Origin: Chlorokybus atmophyticus
Lineage: Eukaryota; Plantae; Mesostigma and Chlorokybus algae
Direction of reading: 5' to 3'
Length of the DNA stretch: 64,000 bases
Assembly: GCA_009103225.1 (NCBI GenBank)
Contig: RHPI01000277.1
Span: 828,074 to 892,073, forward strand
This document shows, piece by piece, positions 1-12,838 of this stretch; the first letter of the stretch is position 1, and each line of letters opens with the position of its first letter. Position numbers and translations under genes: made by a program. A model generated the notes under the pieces. That model saw only the letters and a program-made list of their open reading frames with translations. It was not told where the DNA came from and made no database searches.

Positions 1-180
1 GGTGTGGGTGTGGGCGTTCAATGATTCCGCGAGCGTCCATACTCCCATTGCGATTGAGCGTGGGCAATGCAATGTTAACAGGGCGAAGATGTGGCCGTTC
101 AGGAGCGCTCGTGTCCTGCATCCACACACAAATTCAGTGTTGCAAGGACCAACCACACACACACACTGTCACAACTCCTG

Positions 181-3100
181 TCAAGCAGCATCAGTCCGGT
201 TATGTACCAGCCACGGCACGCTCTGCGAGCTCTGCGGGCCCTCATCTTCCGGAACCTGCACACGACACCGTTGCACCAAACTCCACAAGTAGACACATGC
301 ACGCACGCACAAGCTCCCACAACCCAAACCAGGACAACCCAAACCTGGAACGGTAGTTGCGTCACGGTCGGTGCAGATTGTGCCATTGTTGTCGTCGGCG
401 CATCCAGCACAAGCAGATCCACTGTGGTCATTGCGAGGGGCGTCCTCGGCGACGCGGACGGAGGCCGAAAACCTGATGTGTGACGGGTACACACACATAC
501 TTGTACACATGCAGTTGGAAGCACACGTGTGCACACATGCACACTCGCGTACCGATGACGGTTGGGTAGGAGTAGTTGGCACGCGTGGTGAAGTCGTCCA
601 TGGTGGTCGCGGGAGGAGGCCGGTAGCCACTCCCGCCGTAACTGCTGCTCTCACCCTCTTTGTCCCCACCTGCATACAACGCAATCCAGATCACCCACCC
701 ACCGACACACACACACACACCTCACTCAACACACATCTGCCCCTTCTCACCTTCCTCCTCACCCTCCTCCTTGATCACCCCCATCCGGCCCCCATCCTGA
801 CTGTTGTTGAACCCACTGCTGTTGTTGTGATGGTGGTGGTTGGACCTATGCGGCGCGCCCACTATCCTCTTCGCCTTGGCCGCCTCCGCCGCCGCAACAT
901 CAACCTCACTCTGTGACACACATTGCATCAGTGTTGTGCGTGTGTGTCCCACACAACATGTCCCAACAGCTTTCCTTACTAGGAGTGGCAGCTGTTGTTC
1001 TCTGATCAATACGTCCTGCATGTGTTCGCGCTGTTGCTTGTGGGCGAGGCGGTCGTCCACCGCGCGGAGGAGGGACTCCACGTCCAGCTCCTCGCGCAAC
1101 TGGCCCCTGCGTGAGTATGTTGGGTGGGTGGGTGGGTGGGTGTGGGTGTGGGTGTGGGTGTGCGTGTGTCTTTGCTTGCCTTGATTTGAGGAGTCGTCGG
1201 GTGAAGACGCGCCAGCGCCACATCCAGAAGGTGCTGCCGACCTGTGGGGTGTGTGACGTTTGGTGTGTGTGCGCTCTTGGTGCGTGTATGCGTATGCGTG
1301 CACGTGCGACCAGACCACACGTTGCACGCGCAGCCTAGTGTGTACTATACGGCGTACGCTGCGTGAGCGATACCGTGTAACACACTATCTAGTGCAAGTT
1401 GAGTGGCATGCTGTGATTCCCAGTCTAGTGTAGCGTTACAACCTTACCAGGTAGGCTGCGGCGGAGGCAAAGGCGATGAGCAGCTGTCCATGGTAGCAAA
1501 CGTGATACTACGCACACACGCACATAGTCAGAAGCGTAGCAAAGCCGTTTAAAAGAGGTGTGACGTCTTCACTCCATAACAGCATGACGAGGGAGTGCAC
1601 ACTGTCACAATGGCATGTAAGTTACGTGCTTGCTTTCCTCTCACCTTTTCATCCGACGTGAAGCATGGGAACTGCACACACAGGCACATACGCACGCACG
1701 CACAGAAAAAGTGTTCAAAAACCCATCAGTACCATCCATGCGTACTAGCGGCACAAGTGTTGTTGTCGTCCTACCTGTCCGTTGTATATGGACAGGAACG
1801 ACCTCGCCGCCCCGTAGAAGTGGGCCAGCGCGAGCGGGGCCGCGAACAGGTACCAAAGGCCGACCCACTCCACGGACCTCAGCACGATCTGGACGTCCTG
1901 TTGGACACAACACAGAATCTCACTTGTCAACACAGCAACAACAACAACAGCGGCAGTCATGACAACATGTTGGGTGTGTCTTGCCTTGAAGAAGAGGATG
2001 ATGCACACCATTCCGAACGCCAGCTGCGAGAAAAAAGGTAGAAGATGCACTCGGCGATCAGACTATGCTGTCGAGTTGTACTATTCATTCGTTGTTGTTG
2101 TGTTGTTGGTATGCTTCTGATACAAACACATGCACACTTACTCGCCATGTCAAGGGGTCGTTGATGGTATCTCCCGCATGCAGTATGAACCCCTGCAAGA
2201 GCCACACAGCAGTTGTTATCGTACACCCACATTCACCCACATTCACAAACACACCGCGTACGTTGTAGAAGAAGAAGGCGACGGCGGCCGTGTCGAGCCC
2301 AACGGTGACGCCCTGCGCGACGAGCCAGCTGCGCTCCAGGGGGGTGCGGCGGCGACGACGGGGCATACCTCTCGCGACCTATCGTGTAAACAACAATATC
2401 ATCAACAACAACAACAACAACAACAACAACAAGGCTATGATGCTTACAGCGTTGGTGGCGTTGTGGATGGCTGAGACAGAGGCTTGGGAGGCGCTCTCCT
2501 GCCAGAGCTCCATCTCGCTCTGGTGCCTGTGTTGTTGCTGTTGGTGTTGGTGTTATTGTTGTGTGACAGACAACAGTGGAACACACAGTTGTCGTGACAG
2601 ACAAGCAAGAAGAGGGGTGAGAGGGGTTGCACACAGCATTGTTGTTTTGCACCAGGACGCACGCACACGCAGGCGCATGCATGCACGCGCACACTCATAT
2701 ACAAATGAACGCATGCCCACACATTCACTCACAGTCTTGTGGGGCTGTTGGGTCTGGAGTATCGCTGTCCCGTCCTCGGCGACACGGGTTTCATCGTGTC
2801 CTCGAGACGCTGCTTCTCAGCGACTGGGGCGAGGGCGTTAGCGAGTGAATGCATGTGAGTGCGTGTGCGTGCGTGTGTGTGTGTGCACGTGCGCGCGCGC
2901 TCTTACGTGAGCGCGTATGCGAGCACGTGTGCCTGCTCGTGTATGTATGTTTGTGCGCGTGCAGAGTGCGTGCTTGCGTGTGTACGTACATGCGTGAGCT
3001 CATGTGCGCGCACTCACGTGCCGCCTGAGTGGGGCTGCACGTGCGTGCAGGTTTTGTGTACATGACCGTGTGTGATCATGTGGGGGTGCGTCTTCACATA

Positions 3101-3287
3101 TACATGCGCGTGTGTACATATCTCTCGCAGTACACAAGTGCTTGCACCACACAACAGTTGGTTATGTTCTCTCTCTCTCTCTCTCCCCCTCTTACCTCTC
3201 TGCTTGCGGGCTGCGCGTTGTCTTTGTATGCGCCCGCTCGGGTCTCGGCTCGTCGTGTTCAGGCTGCGCTTCGCCTGATATGGCACA

Positions 3288-3318
<31 letters not shown>

Positions 3319-3724
3319 AACAAAACCAGGAGGGTGTCAAGTGAGCTGTGGTGTCGACGTGCATCGGATTGATTGATTGAGTAGTCTGGCTGAGTCGTAT
3401 GTAATGAAAATCTAGTTAGTAAGCGTAAGAGTGAATCTCATTTTCAGAAGAGGTCTAACTGCTGCCTGCCTAGCGGAGTACGTGTTGCAGCTCGTTTAGA
3501 TATACACAGCGGAATATTTGCATTGTCAAGACAAGAATAAAATAATATCAATCCTAGCCTCCTAGTACGTCATGTGATGCGCTTTGATAAGTATCGTGTA
3601 TGTCTCTCACATGTTGTCTCACGGCCAGGCTGTTCCGCACCGCCTCCTTGATCCTCTCCACCTCCTCCGCCGCCGCCACAGCGTCCTCCGCCCCGTCACC
3701 CATCGCCGCCTCAATCTCAACCAT
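181..3724 (-). CDS. Multi-exon multi-pass membrane protein, unknown function (3' exons uncertain)
   Basis: ATG at 3724 (MVEIEAAMGDG...). Manual splicing gives phase-compatible exons: AKRSLNTT..., AEKQRLEDTMK..., WLVAQGVTVGLDTAAVAFFFYN, GFILHAGDTINDPLTWR, SQLAFGMVCIILFFK, VEWVGLWYLFAAPLALAHFY, LLIAFASAAAYL, VGSTFWMWRWRVF, GQLREELDVESLL.... Several hydrophobic segments. Two introns need GC donors. Confidence 0.6.
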
Positions 3725-3761
3725 CCTGACTCCTTCTCCTTGATTATCCTGACCTGCCCTA

Positions 3762-3805
3762 GGCCTGGCCTGGCCTGGGCTGGCCTGGAGGCTGGCCTGG
3801 CCTGG
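3762..3805 (-). repeat. (CCAGG)n pentamer tract in the putative 5' leader of the membrane-protein gene
   Basis: The + strand reads ggcctggcctggcctgggctggcctggaggctggcctggcctgg, about 40-80 nt upstream of ATG 3724. Confidence 0.8.
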
Positions 3806-4017
3806 TGGAGTTTGATATATACTGCCCTCACGTGACTCGACAGAAAGGCAAATCGCGCACTCTGCGAAAGCGCGTCGTGTCCGCACCCGGGCAACGCACC
3901 GTCGCTTGACATGAAACTGTGCCGTGCTTGCCGAATCGTCTCATCATCTTGTAACTTTCTCTGGCATGGCTTATAGTGAGGCTGAGCGTACCTTGGCTAT
4001 AAGGCGACTCTGCCTCC

Positions 4018-4049
<32 letters not shown>

Positions 4050-4071
4050 AGCTCCGGCGTGTGTTTGCCGC

Positions 4072-5268
4072 ATGGCGCAGCGTGCGAGGGCGCTGCAGCT
4101 CTACCGCGCTCTGTTCAGGGTAAGGGGGAGGTGCTTGTGCTTGCCTGCAGCAGGCAGCTGTCCGTTACTGTGTTGACAATAGATACACTGCTGAGCTCAA
4201 CCATTCATTTTTTTTGGAGGCGCTAACTCATGCCTGACATCCTTTCTCTCCAGGCTGCTGAGCGCATGCCGACACAAAACAGGCGGGACTACATACGGTA
4301 TGGGTACTAGTTCGTTCAGTCATGACAGCGTTGTTATGGTGGTTTTCCATTCCAAAGTGCTTCTATAGTTGGCCAGAAGCCAGTACAAGTTGACGTGGTG
4401 CTTAATGACCTGCGATTCACTGTCACTCGTTGATATGATATGCTTTGGAGCAGGAAGAAAGTCAGGGTAGAGTACAGCAAAGCAAGGGAAGAGTCCGACC
4501 CTGAGCAGGTTCATGTTTGCCTTGTGTAGTGTTGTGTGCATGCTGATCAAGTTTGTGTATACAAAAAGAGTGGGCTATGGTATGACGACTCAGCCCTTCT
4601 GTTTGGCACACCTTGTTTACATGCACGCGCGCTTTTAGTTAAGCACGCATACGAGCGTGCGCACACACACACACAGTCCGCACATGCACACTTGCACGCG
4701 CACGCTGAGTGGCATTGTGAAGCATGATTGTCAGAATGCATCGTTGTTGTTAGCCCAGTTTCTGCTTATATGCCCCCTGCCTGATTTCTGCATAACCGCA
4801 TGCCAGGTGGAGTTTCTGCTGCGGCTGGCAGCGGTGCAGCTTGAAACTGTGCAGATACAGGTCAGTGCAAGGTGTGACATTTCTGTTGCAACTACTACTT
4901 GGTGGTTGTGCTCTACCTGTTTATGCTGCTTGCACATATTCATGTGGTCGACAGCAATGTGTCACAGTCACATGCTTGCACCTTCTGGACAGCACAATTC
5001 CCATCAATGCTCGCAGTAGTTATGCTTGCAATGTCACAAACACACAATTAGATTAGTCAAAACAAAGCCAATGATTGGTCATTGGCTTGCAAGCTTGTTT
5101 GAGCGCTCATGGCTGTCCTCGTGATATGATCCAGTGCACGCTGTGTTTTGCATTTTCAACATTTGGTTGGAATGTTCTTAACGTGGTGTCTTTCAGGCGA
5201 CGCACCTCATTGAATTGGCCAAACTGGACTTGACCCGTATCAAGGGTGTTCCAACAAGTGTACTATAA
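4072..5268 (+). CDS. LYR-motif (Complex1_LYR family) mitochondrial protein, 5 exons
   Basis: MAQRARALQLYRALFR|AAERMPTQNRRDYIR|KKVRVEYSKAREESDPEQ|VEFLLRLAAVQLETVQIQ|ATHLIELAK...SVL*. LYR tripeptide present; all introns GT-AG and in phase. Confidence 0.85.
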
Positions 5269-8200
5269 ATGTAGTGTGAATTTTGTGATTCATTTCGAAT
5301 TGTTAGTAATGCCGAACAAGATGCAGTATTGCATACCATGCAATGTGTATAGTGAAGTATGTCCAAGTCGCTCATATAAATGTGTGACACATGCATAGCA
5401 CATCAACTTTTCTCATGCAAAGCGTAATGAATTCATTATGCCTTGTTTTTTACGTACTTGATACACGTTTCTGTTATATAATTATGTCTTACGACTCATT
5501 GCAATAAGTTTACAATGCTGCATGAGCTAACATGTGTCAATGACTGTTGATTGCAAATTGCACGGGTGCAATAACATCTTCGTTTTTTATTCAAGATGTA
5601 GGTGATATTGCTTGTGTTCTGTATGGCTTATGTTGTGTATGGCTCATTTTTCAAACACGTTGATTACTGATGTGGTGTTGCTAAGGGTAGTGCCAATTGA
5701 ATGAAGTGCAGCTTATCAAGTCGAACGATACTATGTCATGTTGAGTGGTTGCATCTCGTATGACGCTGGTAATTGTTATTGTTTGCATATACCAAAATTA
5801 TATTATAGTAATTTTTTCCCAAATCATCAATTCAACTTTAACATGCACGTAATAAGGTTGTGTTTTAACGCATGCAATATAATGCCACTTGTGTTGCTTA
5901 ATGCGTTCATTTAGCTCACGGCGATAGATTTCACTTGTATTGTTGCATGATTAAAAGTTTGAACACTTATCATTATACGTACATGACATATGCCTTTGTT
6001 TCTAGTGTTATAATGTAGCCTGCAGTGCATACACGCTGTCGCATCGCTAGCAAGCTGGATCAGTTTATTGTCCAGCGCTTCAATCACAGTTCCATTCAAA
6101 GAGACTTATAAAGGGGTTTGGGGACCAGCTTGTTGATGTTTGTCTCTGAGATGCGCGCAGCCTTGCAGCAGAGAAGCTGCTGGTCACCGCGCTGGCACGC
6201 TTTCAAAAGGTGTGCAGCGACTCGCTTGTTATTTGCGCTCTTTAGTTGACATGGTTGCATGTTAACACCCTCAGTCAGGAGCTGCGCACAACACTTAGTC
6301 AACTTTCGCAAATGCAGCATGCGTGCATAGTGTATGCGATGCGGTACCTAATAAACAGGGCCTGTTCTTTGTTAAGGCCTATAAGAACACTTCGAGGATC
6401 AGATGAGGATTCAGTTGGAGCAGCCTACATCCAACGCTATGAGCTTACCAGGTCAAAAATGTGGAGCATTTCTGGTTGCTGATCTTTTTGAGGTCTGTAA
6501 GCTTCAAGTTACTACTTAAGATCAGAGCATCGACATCGAAGCACTTATCGTCTACCAAACATTAATCCGACCTTGAGGGAAGTTAGCTATTGTGTAGAAC
6601 GATAAGCAAGTCTTTACTCCCTGCTTCCAAGCAAAGTCCACTGCGAGAATCAGTCCTTCAGCAAGCATATTGTACTCGATAAAGCAAAACGTGAACGGTG
6701 CGCAAATGCGTGCGCTACAGTCATAGGGGTTGTCAAAAGACTACTTGTCTGTATAAAAGATGACACGTTGGCCACACTGTGAGGCTTTTTAAAAATGTTG
6801 CTGATTGGAGCAATCCTTTTTCGACATGTAATAAACATTGCGAGCATGCTTTGCATGTCTAATGGGTGGTGGCGTTAGTATTAATAAGTATTAAGTTTAG
6901 AACTTTCATTCTTATGTTTGCCACCGGGCTCCGATCCGGCTCGGACCCCAGTTGGAAACATACCAATGTTAATGTTTACATGCATGCTGTGTGCTAACCA
7001 CACTTATTGCATGTAGAATGCATGCGCAAATGCACGCCTCGTTGCATATACAATTGCTGTTTATGTTGTTTAAATAAGATTAAAAGCAACAGTAATATAA
7101 ACTCATAGTTTCATCAATGTGAACAATTTCATCACGGAGCTTATCTGCCAAAGAGCTGCACAATAAAGTCTACCCTCGTTAAAAAGTTTCGCTTACGAAG
7201 ACTCAAATTCAATTGAGATCCAGATTTGCAAATCTGGAGCTTAGAAGACTGACGGTTTCACCGGCAAATATCGTTGTTTAATGGAATAGTGTTGTACGAT
7301 ATAAGATAAAAACGAAGGCTTGGATTTGAGTGGGCTCAGTCTTGTACGGGCGACTACCTCGTTTATAGCATGAGTATGTTAGCTCGTACCCAAACATCAC
7401 ACATAATGTAACACAATCGTGACCTTCATACGCACCACGTCAGCATACGATGACATGGCTTAGGTTGTCAGTTAATACCCCCATTTAAAGCATACATGGT
7501 CTGTACACGATAACGTGAAACGGTAATCGCCAAGAGTATAACCAACTTTTGTGCAATAAAAAGTTAAAACGATACACGTGATTCGTATAACGTGGGTGCG
7601 ACTGTACTCGACTGTACTGTATTGCACGACTAAACGGGTGTCACGGACGCCCGCATTGCATGGTGACGTCAGCACGCGGCGTTAGCAAGTCGGTGCAGTA
7701 CAGTGTAGCCACATCGCTACTGACAGAGTATGTACGGCACGTACACAACACTGTGCGTGCGTACACACATGTGTGCTTGCCAAGCCATGACAGGGCCTTT
7801 CATAAGCAGCCCTTTGAGTTTAGCAAGCTTGCGGCAAGCTTTCGCCCCAGGGAAAGCTTTGTTTTGAGCTGTGCATTGCCGGTGCTGCTGACGTGCTTGG
7901 CTGTGTTGGCGGCGGCGGTGGCGGTGGCGCTGGTGGCGGTGGTGGCGGCCTCAGGCCAGCTGTCGGCTTTCTTGGACTGTCTGAAGGTAGCGTCTGAAAA
8001 GAAAGGTTTGTGGTATGTGCTTTGGGTTAACAACTTGCGCAGAATGGGCGTCATGCCTGGCTGCCTGCTTGCTTGCCTTCATGGTTGCGTAGTATGCACA
8101 TTGCTGTGAGGGTTTGAGCTCTGAGAGTGTGCAATTTCTTGGCCATTAGAGCCTGGATGGTCCAAGGGCTTGTGCTAGCTGCATATCCCAGCGCCTGCTG

Positions 8201-8457
8201 ATCAGCTTGTCGGTCTGTTCGTGATTGCGTCACGCGCTGGAACGAAGTCACTAGCTTGTGATTGCTCCGCATTGAACAAAAAACACCATGCCTTGCGAAC
8301 AGCAGTGTGCTCGAGCAGTTTTACGCAACGAACTGTGTTTTGCAACATATATACTGCTGCTCACATAGTAACTTACGTATGACACATCCGCAGGTGTCCT
8401 CTGCTGTGCTTGCCCCAGATTGTGTCTTGGTCCTTTCGTGGTTCTTCTCTCTCTGCA

Positions 8458-8606
8458 ATGGAGCCCATGACTTCGTCTTACCCTAGCAACACGGCGTTTC
8501 CTCCAGCTGGAACTGAACCAGGCAAGTATCCGTCAGTGAGTCAGTCAACTTGTCAGTGAGTCCATGCTTCCAATGCGTGCGCATTACAAACTAAACCATC
8601 ACCAAG

Positions 8607-8675
<69 letters not shown>

Positions 8676-8929
8676 NNNNNNNNNNNNNNNNNNNNNNNNN
8701 NNNNNNNNNNNNNNNNNNNNNNNNNNNNNNNNNNNNNNNNNNNNNNNNNNNNNNNNNNNNNNNNNNNNNNNNNNNNNNNNNNNNNNNNNNNNNNNNNNNN
8801 NNNNNNNNNNNNNNNNNNNNNNNNNNNNNNNNNNNNNNNNNNNNNNNNNNNNNNNNNNNNNNNNNNNNNNNNNNNNNNNNNNNNNNNNNNNNNNNNNNNN
8901 NNNNNNNNNNNNNNNNNNNNNNNNNNNNN

Positions 8930-9007
<78 letters not shown>

Positions 9008-10041
9008 GTGGCACGCACACGCACAAGCACACGCACAGAGCCTTATACACGCAACCATGCGCACACAGCTCCAGGTTCCAAGTTCCCAACAGCTACAGCC
9101 ACGTCAGGCGGCCCACCGCCGATGCCGTCGCACTACCTGCATTCCGGAGCTTCCGGCATCCTTCGTTCGTCACCAGGCGGTCGGATTGCCAGCTTCATTG
9201 CGCTCGGCTTCTACCTCATTGGCATTCTGGTAAGTTTGAAGGTCGGAATGTGGTTGTGTGGTTTGCAATGTGTTGGGCTGAGACCTGACTGAGTGTTGAT
9301 GGCCGCAGTTTGTCATCATCAACCTGGGTTGGTGGAGCCACAACGGCGAAACAACGTGAGCATAACACACAACCTGCACATGCTTGGCCATGATGAACGC
9401 GTCTGGTGCATTGAACTTACTTCAACACCGTTCAATGCAACACACTTTGACTCTGACTTGTTGCATTGTTATTATTGTTACAGGTTCAAGCGGAGTTTGT
9501 GGGATGACTGGATCATCATCTTATTGCTGCTCTTCTGGGTCATTGCGCTTACCGTCGGCGGCAAAAGCCTCGGCAAATGGGGCTTCCCCGTCTTTGTTCA
9601 GCTCTTCTTCACGGGTACATGTTTCTTGCTTCCGTGGGTGTGTGCGTGCGTGCGCATGCACATGTGCGCACGCGAGTGTGTGCATGCATGCCTGTGTCTT
9701 TGCGTGTGTGTGGCTGACTTATTGATATTTGATTATGCAGTGGTCATTTACGAGTACCTGACAGAATGGGGCGACTCCATGATCAGCACTTGCCACACTG
9801 ACCAGTCATTCTATAGTACGCATTGCTTTGTGCAACACATTGACAGTGTTGGCAGCATTGGAGTAAGCAGTGCTCTGCTCAGTTGACAATTTGGAGTTGT
9901 CTCATGTGACTATGCATTGCAGACGAGGGCGATGCGTGCAGCTTTGCGTGGGTGGGGTTTGTTGGCTACTGGCTGGTTTTCATCCCTCAGGTTATCTTCC
10001 TGATCTTCCTCGCCGAAGACTTCCGTGCGACAACGGTGTAA
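8458..10041 (+). CDS. Small roughly 4-TM membrane protein, unknown function
   Basis: MEPMTSSY...|...RIASFIALGFYLIGIL|FVIINLGWWSH..|FKRSLWDDWIIILLLLFWVIAL...FVQLFFT|VVIYEYL...|EGDACSFAW|VIFLIFLAEDFRATTV*. The first donor is AG/GCAAGT. Confidence 0.65.
8609..9005. repeat. (CT)n microsatellite spanning an assembly gap (N at 8676-8929), intronic
   Basis: Seen directly in the sequence. Confidence 0.97.
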
Positions 10042-11886
10042 TGAGCCCAGAGCGCGCATCAACTTGATGGATGCTTGAGCTCTCGTGCACTGGACACAAA
10101 ACCAGTCGTGTACTGGCTGTGTTTGTGTGCAATGTGTTTATTGATAAGTTTGTCGTATAAAATAAAAGCATGGGTACATGTTATAGGTCGGGTACGTATG
10201 GACAAAGCCTCGTGTACATAGGGCGTTGTAATCTGTTTCTCTGCATTTTCAAAGTTTCAGTTATTACTGCTGGTGACTTCTGTGCATTGAGATGGTCACA
10301 TTTTTGTGCTGATAGCAATTGGCCACACCACCCAAGCTGTACTTCGATGGATAAGCACCTGACTCTGACCCTAAGATAATGTCCCCTTCACTAGGGCCGC
10401 ATCGCTTGCGCATGCATGTACTTGTGCCATGTGTGCGTGCGCAAGTGCATGGTCGTGCGTGTACATGATGCGCAAGTACAGTAGTAGCTGCAAATGTACA
10501 TGATAGAGCATGTGCGCGTGTCGTGCGTGTACATGCAGGCATTCATATGCGCGCACTCGCGCCATGTGTGCATATGCACGTGAGCGCACGTGTACATGTT
10601 AGAGCGCGTGCGTGTGACGTACATATACAACAGCGTGTGCGTGCGCCATGCCTGTGTGGGTTGATCAGGGTCAACATGCACCTCATAGATACAGTTTTAC
10701 AATGTCAATGATAGCGAGCGCTTGATGACTAGGTTTGCCCTGACTAGTGTTCCGATTTTCACATTGCTTGCAAAGATCAACTTGCAGATATTTGGCCGGT
10801 CTACCACCTCTAGAAGAGGCTCTCAGGTGCACCTTAACCACTTCTCGGGTAAACCTATACATGTGCGTGTACACATAATTGATGCATGTGGATTGATAGC
10901 CTACACCTGTAAGGAAGTTCTGCAACTAGAAAGGATGCCGCATGTGACATATGCAATGGCAAGGCTCAACACGTAAATCGCAAGAGGCACCGTACCCCCC
11001 CTCTCCCCCCCACCCCCCGAGCAGGCACACATGTGGATTGATAGCATGCACCACCTCGTGTCCGGGTTTTTGGTTGAGCCATTGCTACCTCCTGTCAACT
11101 GCCATTGCACAACGCACAGCAACACTCACGGTAGCACGTAGGTGACCCCCGGTGTAATATTACCTAACTCTGCTGCTTGGTGTGCATGCTCTGCTATGCA
11201 TGCCGTGCTATGCATCTTGGCCTGTACATGTATGTTTGTGCATAATATTACCAACTTTACTAGACACCTGTAGGTGACCGCTCAAATTAAAATGAGGCAT
11301 ATGCGCAATAGCAAGGCTAATCACGTTGCTTCTTTTACATAAGATACCAATACCCCCCCCCTTCCCCCCACGGTGAGAGTCTCCACCCCTTGCCCACAAG
11401 TAAAACATCAACTTCAGAGGTGAGCAATCTATATGTGAGGGTATGTGCTGCTTTGCCACTAATCCAAATACTCAACAACACAATCCGCACTGTGCTGTAA
11501 AGCAAATAGCCTCTATTGGCTTTACAGTATGTTGTAAGTAAGTTGTAAGTTATCATATTTTGAGTGCGTTGTAGATTGTTGTATGTGCAGCTTCTTGATC
11601 ATCAGGCTTATGCTTGTGCTGCGGATAGACAGGTCCCTGCCCCGGAAATAGCAAAGGCAATTGCAACGCACCTTCACAAACATTACATACTTACAACCCA
11701 CAACAAGCGACAGATTGTCAAGCAACATCATCTTTAATAGAAAGGTATACTCCTCGCTGTAGACCACAGCGGCCATATCTACTGGCTGAGTAGCACTAAG
11801 GCAGCAGAAGCTGCAGTTGTTGTACAAGGAAACAAGCAGCAAACCGACCAGAAGCTGCAGCTAAGTAGCAAGGGCGAGTCTCAAGC

Positions 11887-12678
11887 TTAAAATCCGTGCA
11901 TCTTGAGATGGTCCGCAGGCACCACGCCAGCCTCAGTGAGATACTGGTACACAGCCTTGCGCTGGTCACCCTGTAGCTGCAATACACATCCAGCGATGGG
12001 ATCCTCGACCAGATTGCCGTTGCAGCAGAGTCGCTTGCGCAGGCGCCTCAGCACCTTCTCGTGGTCGGCGCCCTTGGGCAAACCCTCGATCGTCGTGAGA
12101 GACTTGCGACCGTTGCGCTGCTGGACGCGCAGGTGGACATAACCAACGCCGCCCTTAGCGTTGTCGTCCGCGCCTTCCGCGTCGGCGAAAGCGTCAAAAG
12201 GGGCTAAGTTGACTACGTCTTCGAGCACGCCATGCGCAGGAGGAGACAGCGGCTTCAACACAGGACTATCACCGCTCTGAAAGCGAGAAAACCCCGAGGA
12301 TTAATCAACGGTGCTCAGGAAAAAAACTTGCAAACACTAGCTACTTGTACTAATCTGATTAGAAGCACGTATGTTAAGGTGAAGGGCTCCCCAACATCAC
12401 AGTTGACAGACACCCTACAGGCAGCGAAGCGCAGCAACAAGACTTGCATATCTGGCGCGCAGACTGTCCGAAGAAAGCAGCCCGCTAAAGCGAGTCAAGC
12501 AACCCGACAACCACACCTAACATCGCACTCAAAAGCCTACCTTTGATGAAGGCGGACTCTTAATCTTCTCGCTCTTCGTCTTGCTGTGCTTTTCCACAAA
12601 CTTCTCAACAGCAGGATGCTGCTCCGGCATCACACGCTTGCGCTGCGTCTTAACGTCCCCAACAACACCAGCAACCAT
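11887..12678 (-). CDS. SUI1: eIF1/SUI1-family translation initiation factor with N-terminal extension (2 exons: 12678-12541, 12276-11887)
   Basis: Core PFDAFADA...YVHLRVQQRNGRKSLTTIEGL...CCNG...LQLQGDQR...KMHGF*. The core exon has no upstream in-frame ATG. Acceptor tttcag at 12277 and donor AAG/gtaggc at 12540 join in phase 0. Confidence 0.85.
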
Positions 12679-12824
12679 ACCAAGCAAGCTCCGGCTTCCC
12701 TCTGTGCTAAGCAGCAACGATCGCTCCCTCACCAACCCGTTCCCTGCTGTCCCCGCCGCTGCCGCTGCCGCCGCCACTATGCTCACCTACAAGCTTGCAA
12801 ATGCCACCTGAAGGGCGCAAGCGT

Positions 12825-12838
12825 GGTTATATATAACC
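12825..12838. promoter_or_regulatory. Palindromic TATA-like element GGTTATATATAACC upstream of the eIF1-like gene
   Basis: Perfect 14-bp palindrome about 150 nt upstream of ATG 12678, within a divergent promoter region. Confidence 0.5.

Noticed and set aside
6040-6480. GNAT-like RGLGTSLL or transposase-like fragments
   Set aside because: Interrupted by stops, too short, and no corroborating motifs.
8553-9292. Long ERER/SLSL/X ORFs (also at 45151-46247)
   Set aside because: These are translations of (CT)/(GA) microsatellites and N gaps within introns.
11522-11842. 106-aa ORF downstream of eIF1
   Set aside because: It starts at TTG, lies in the probable 3'UTR and has no motifs.
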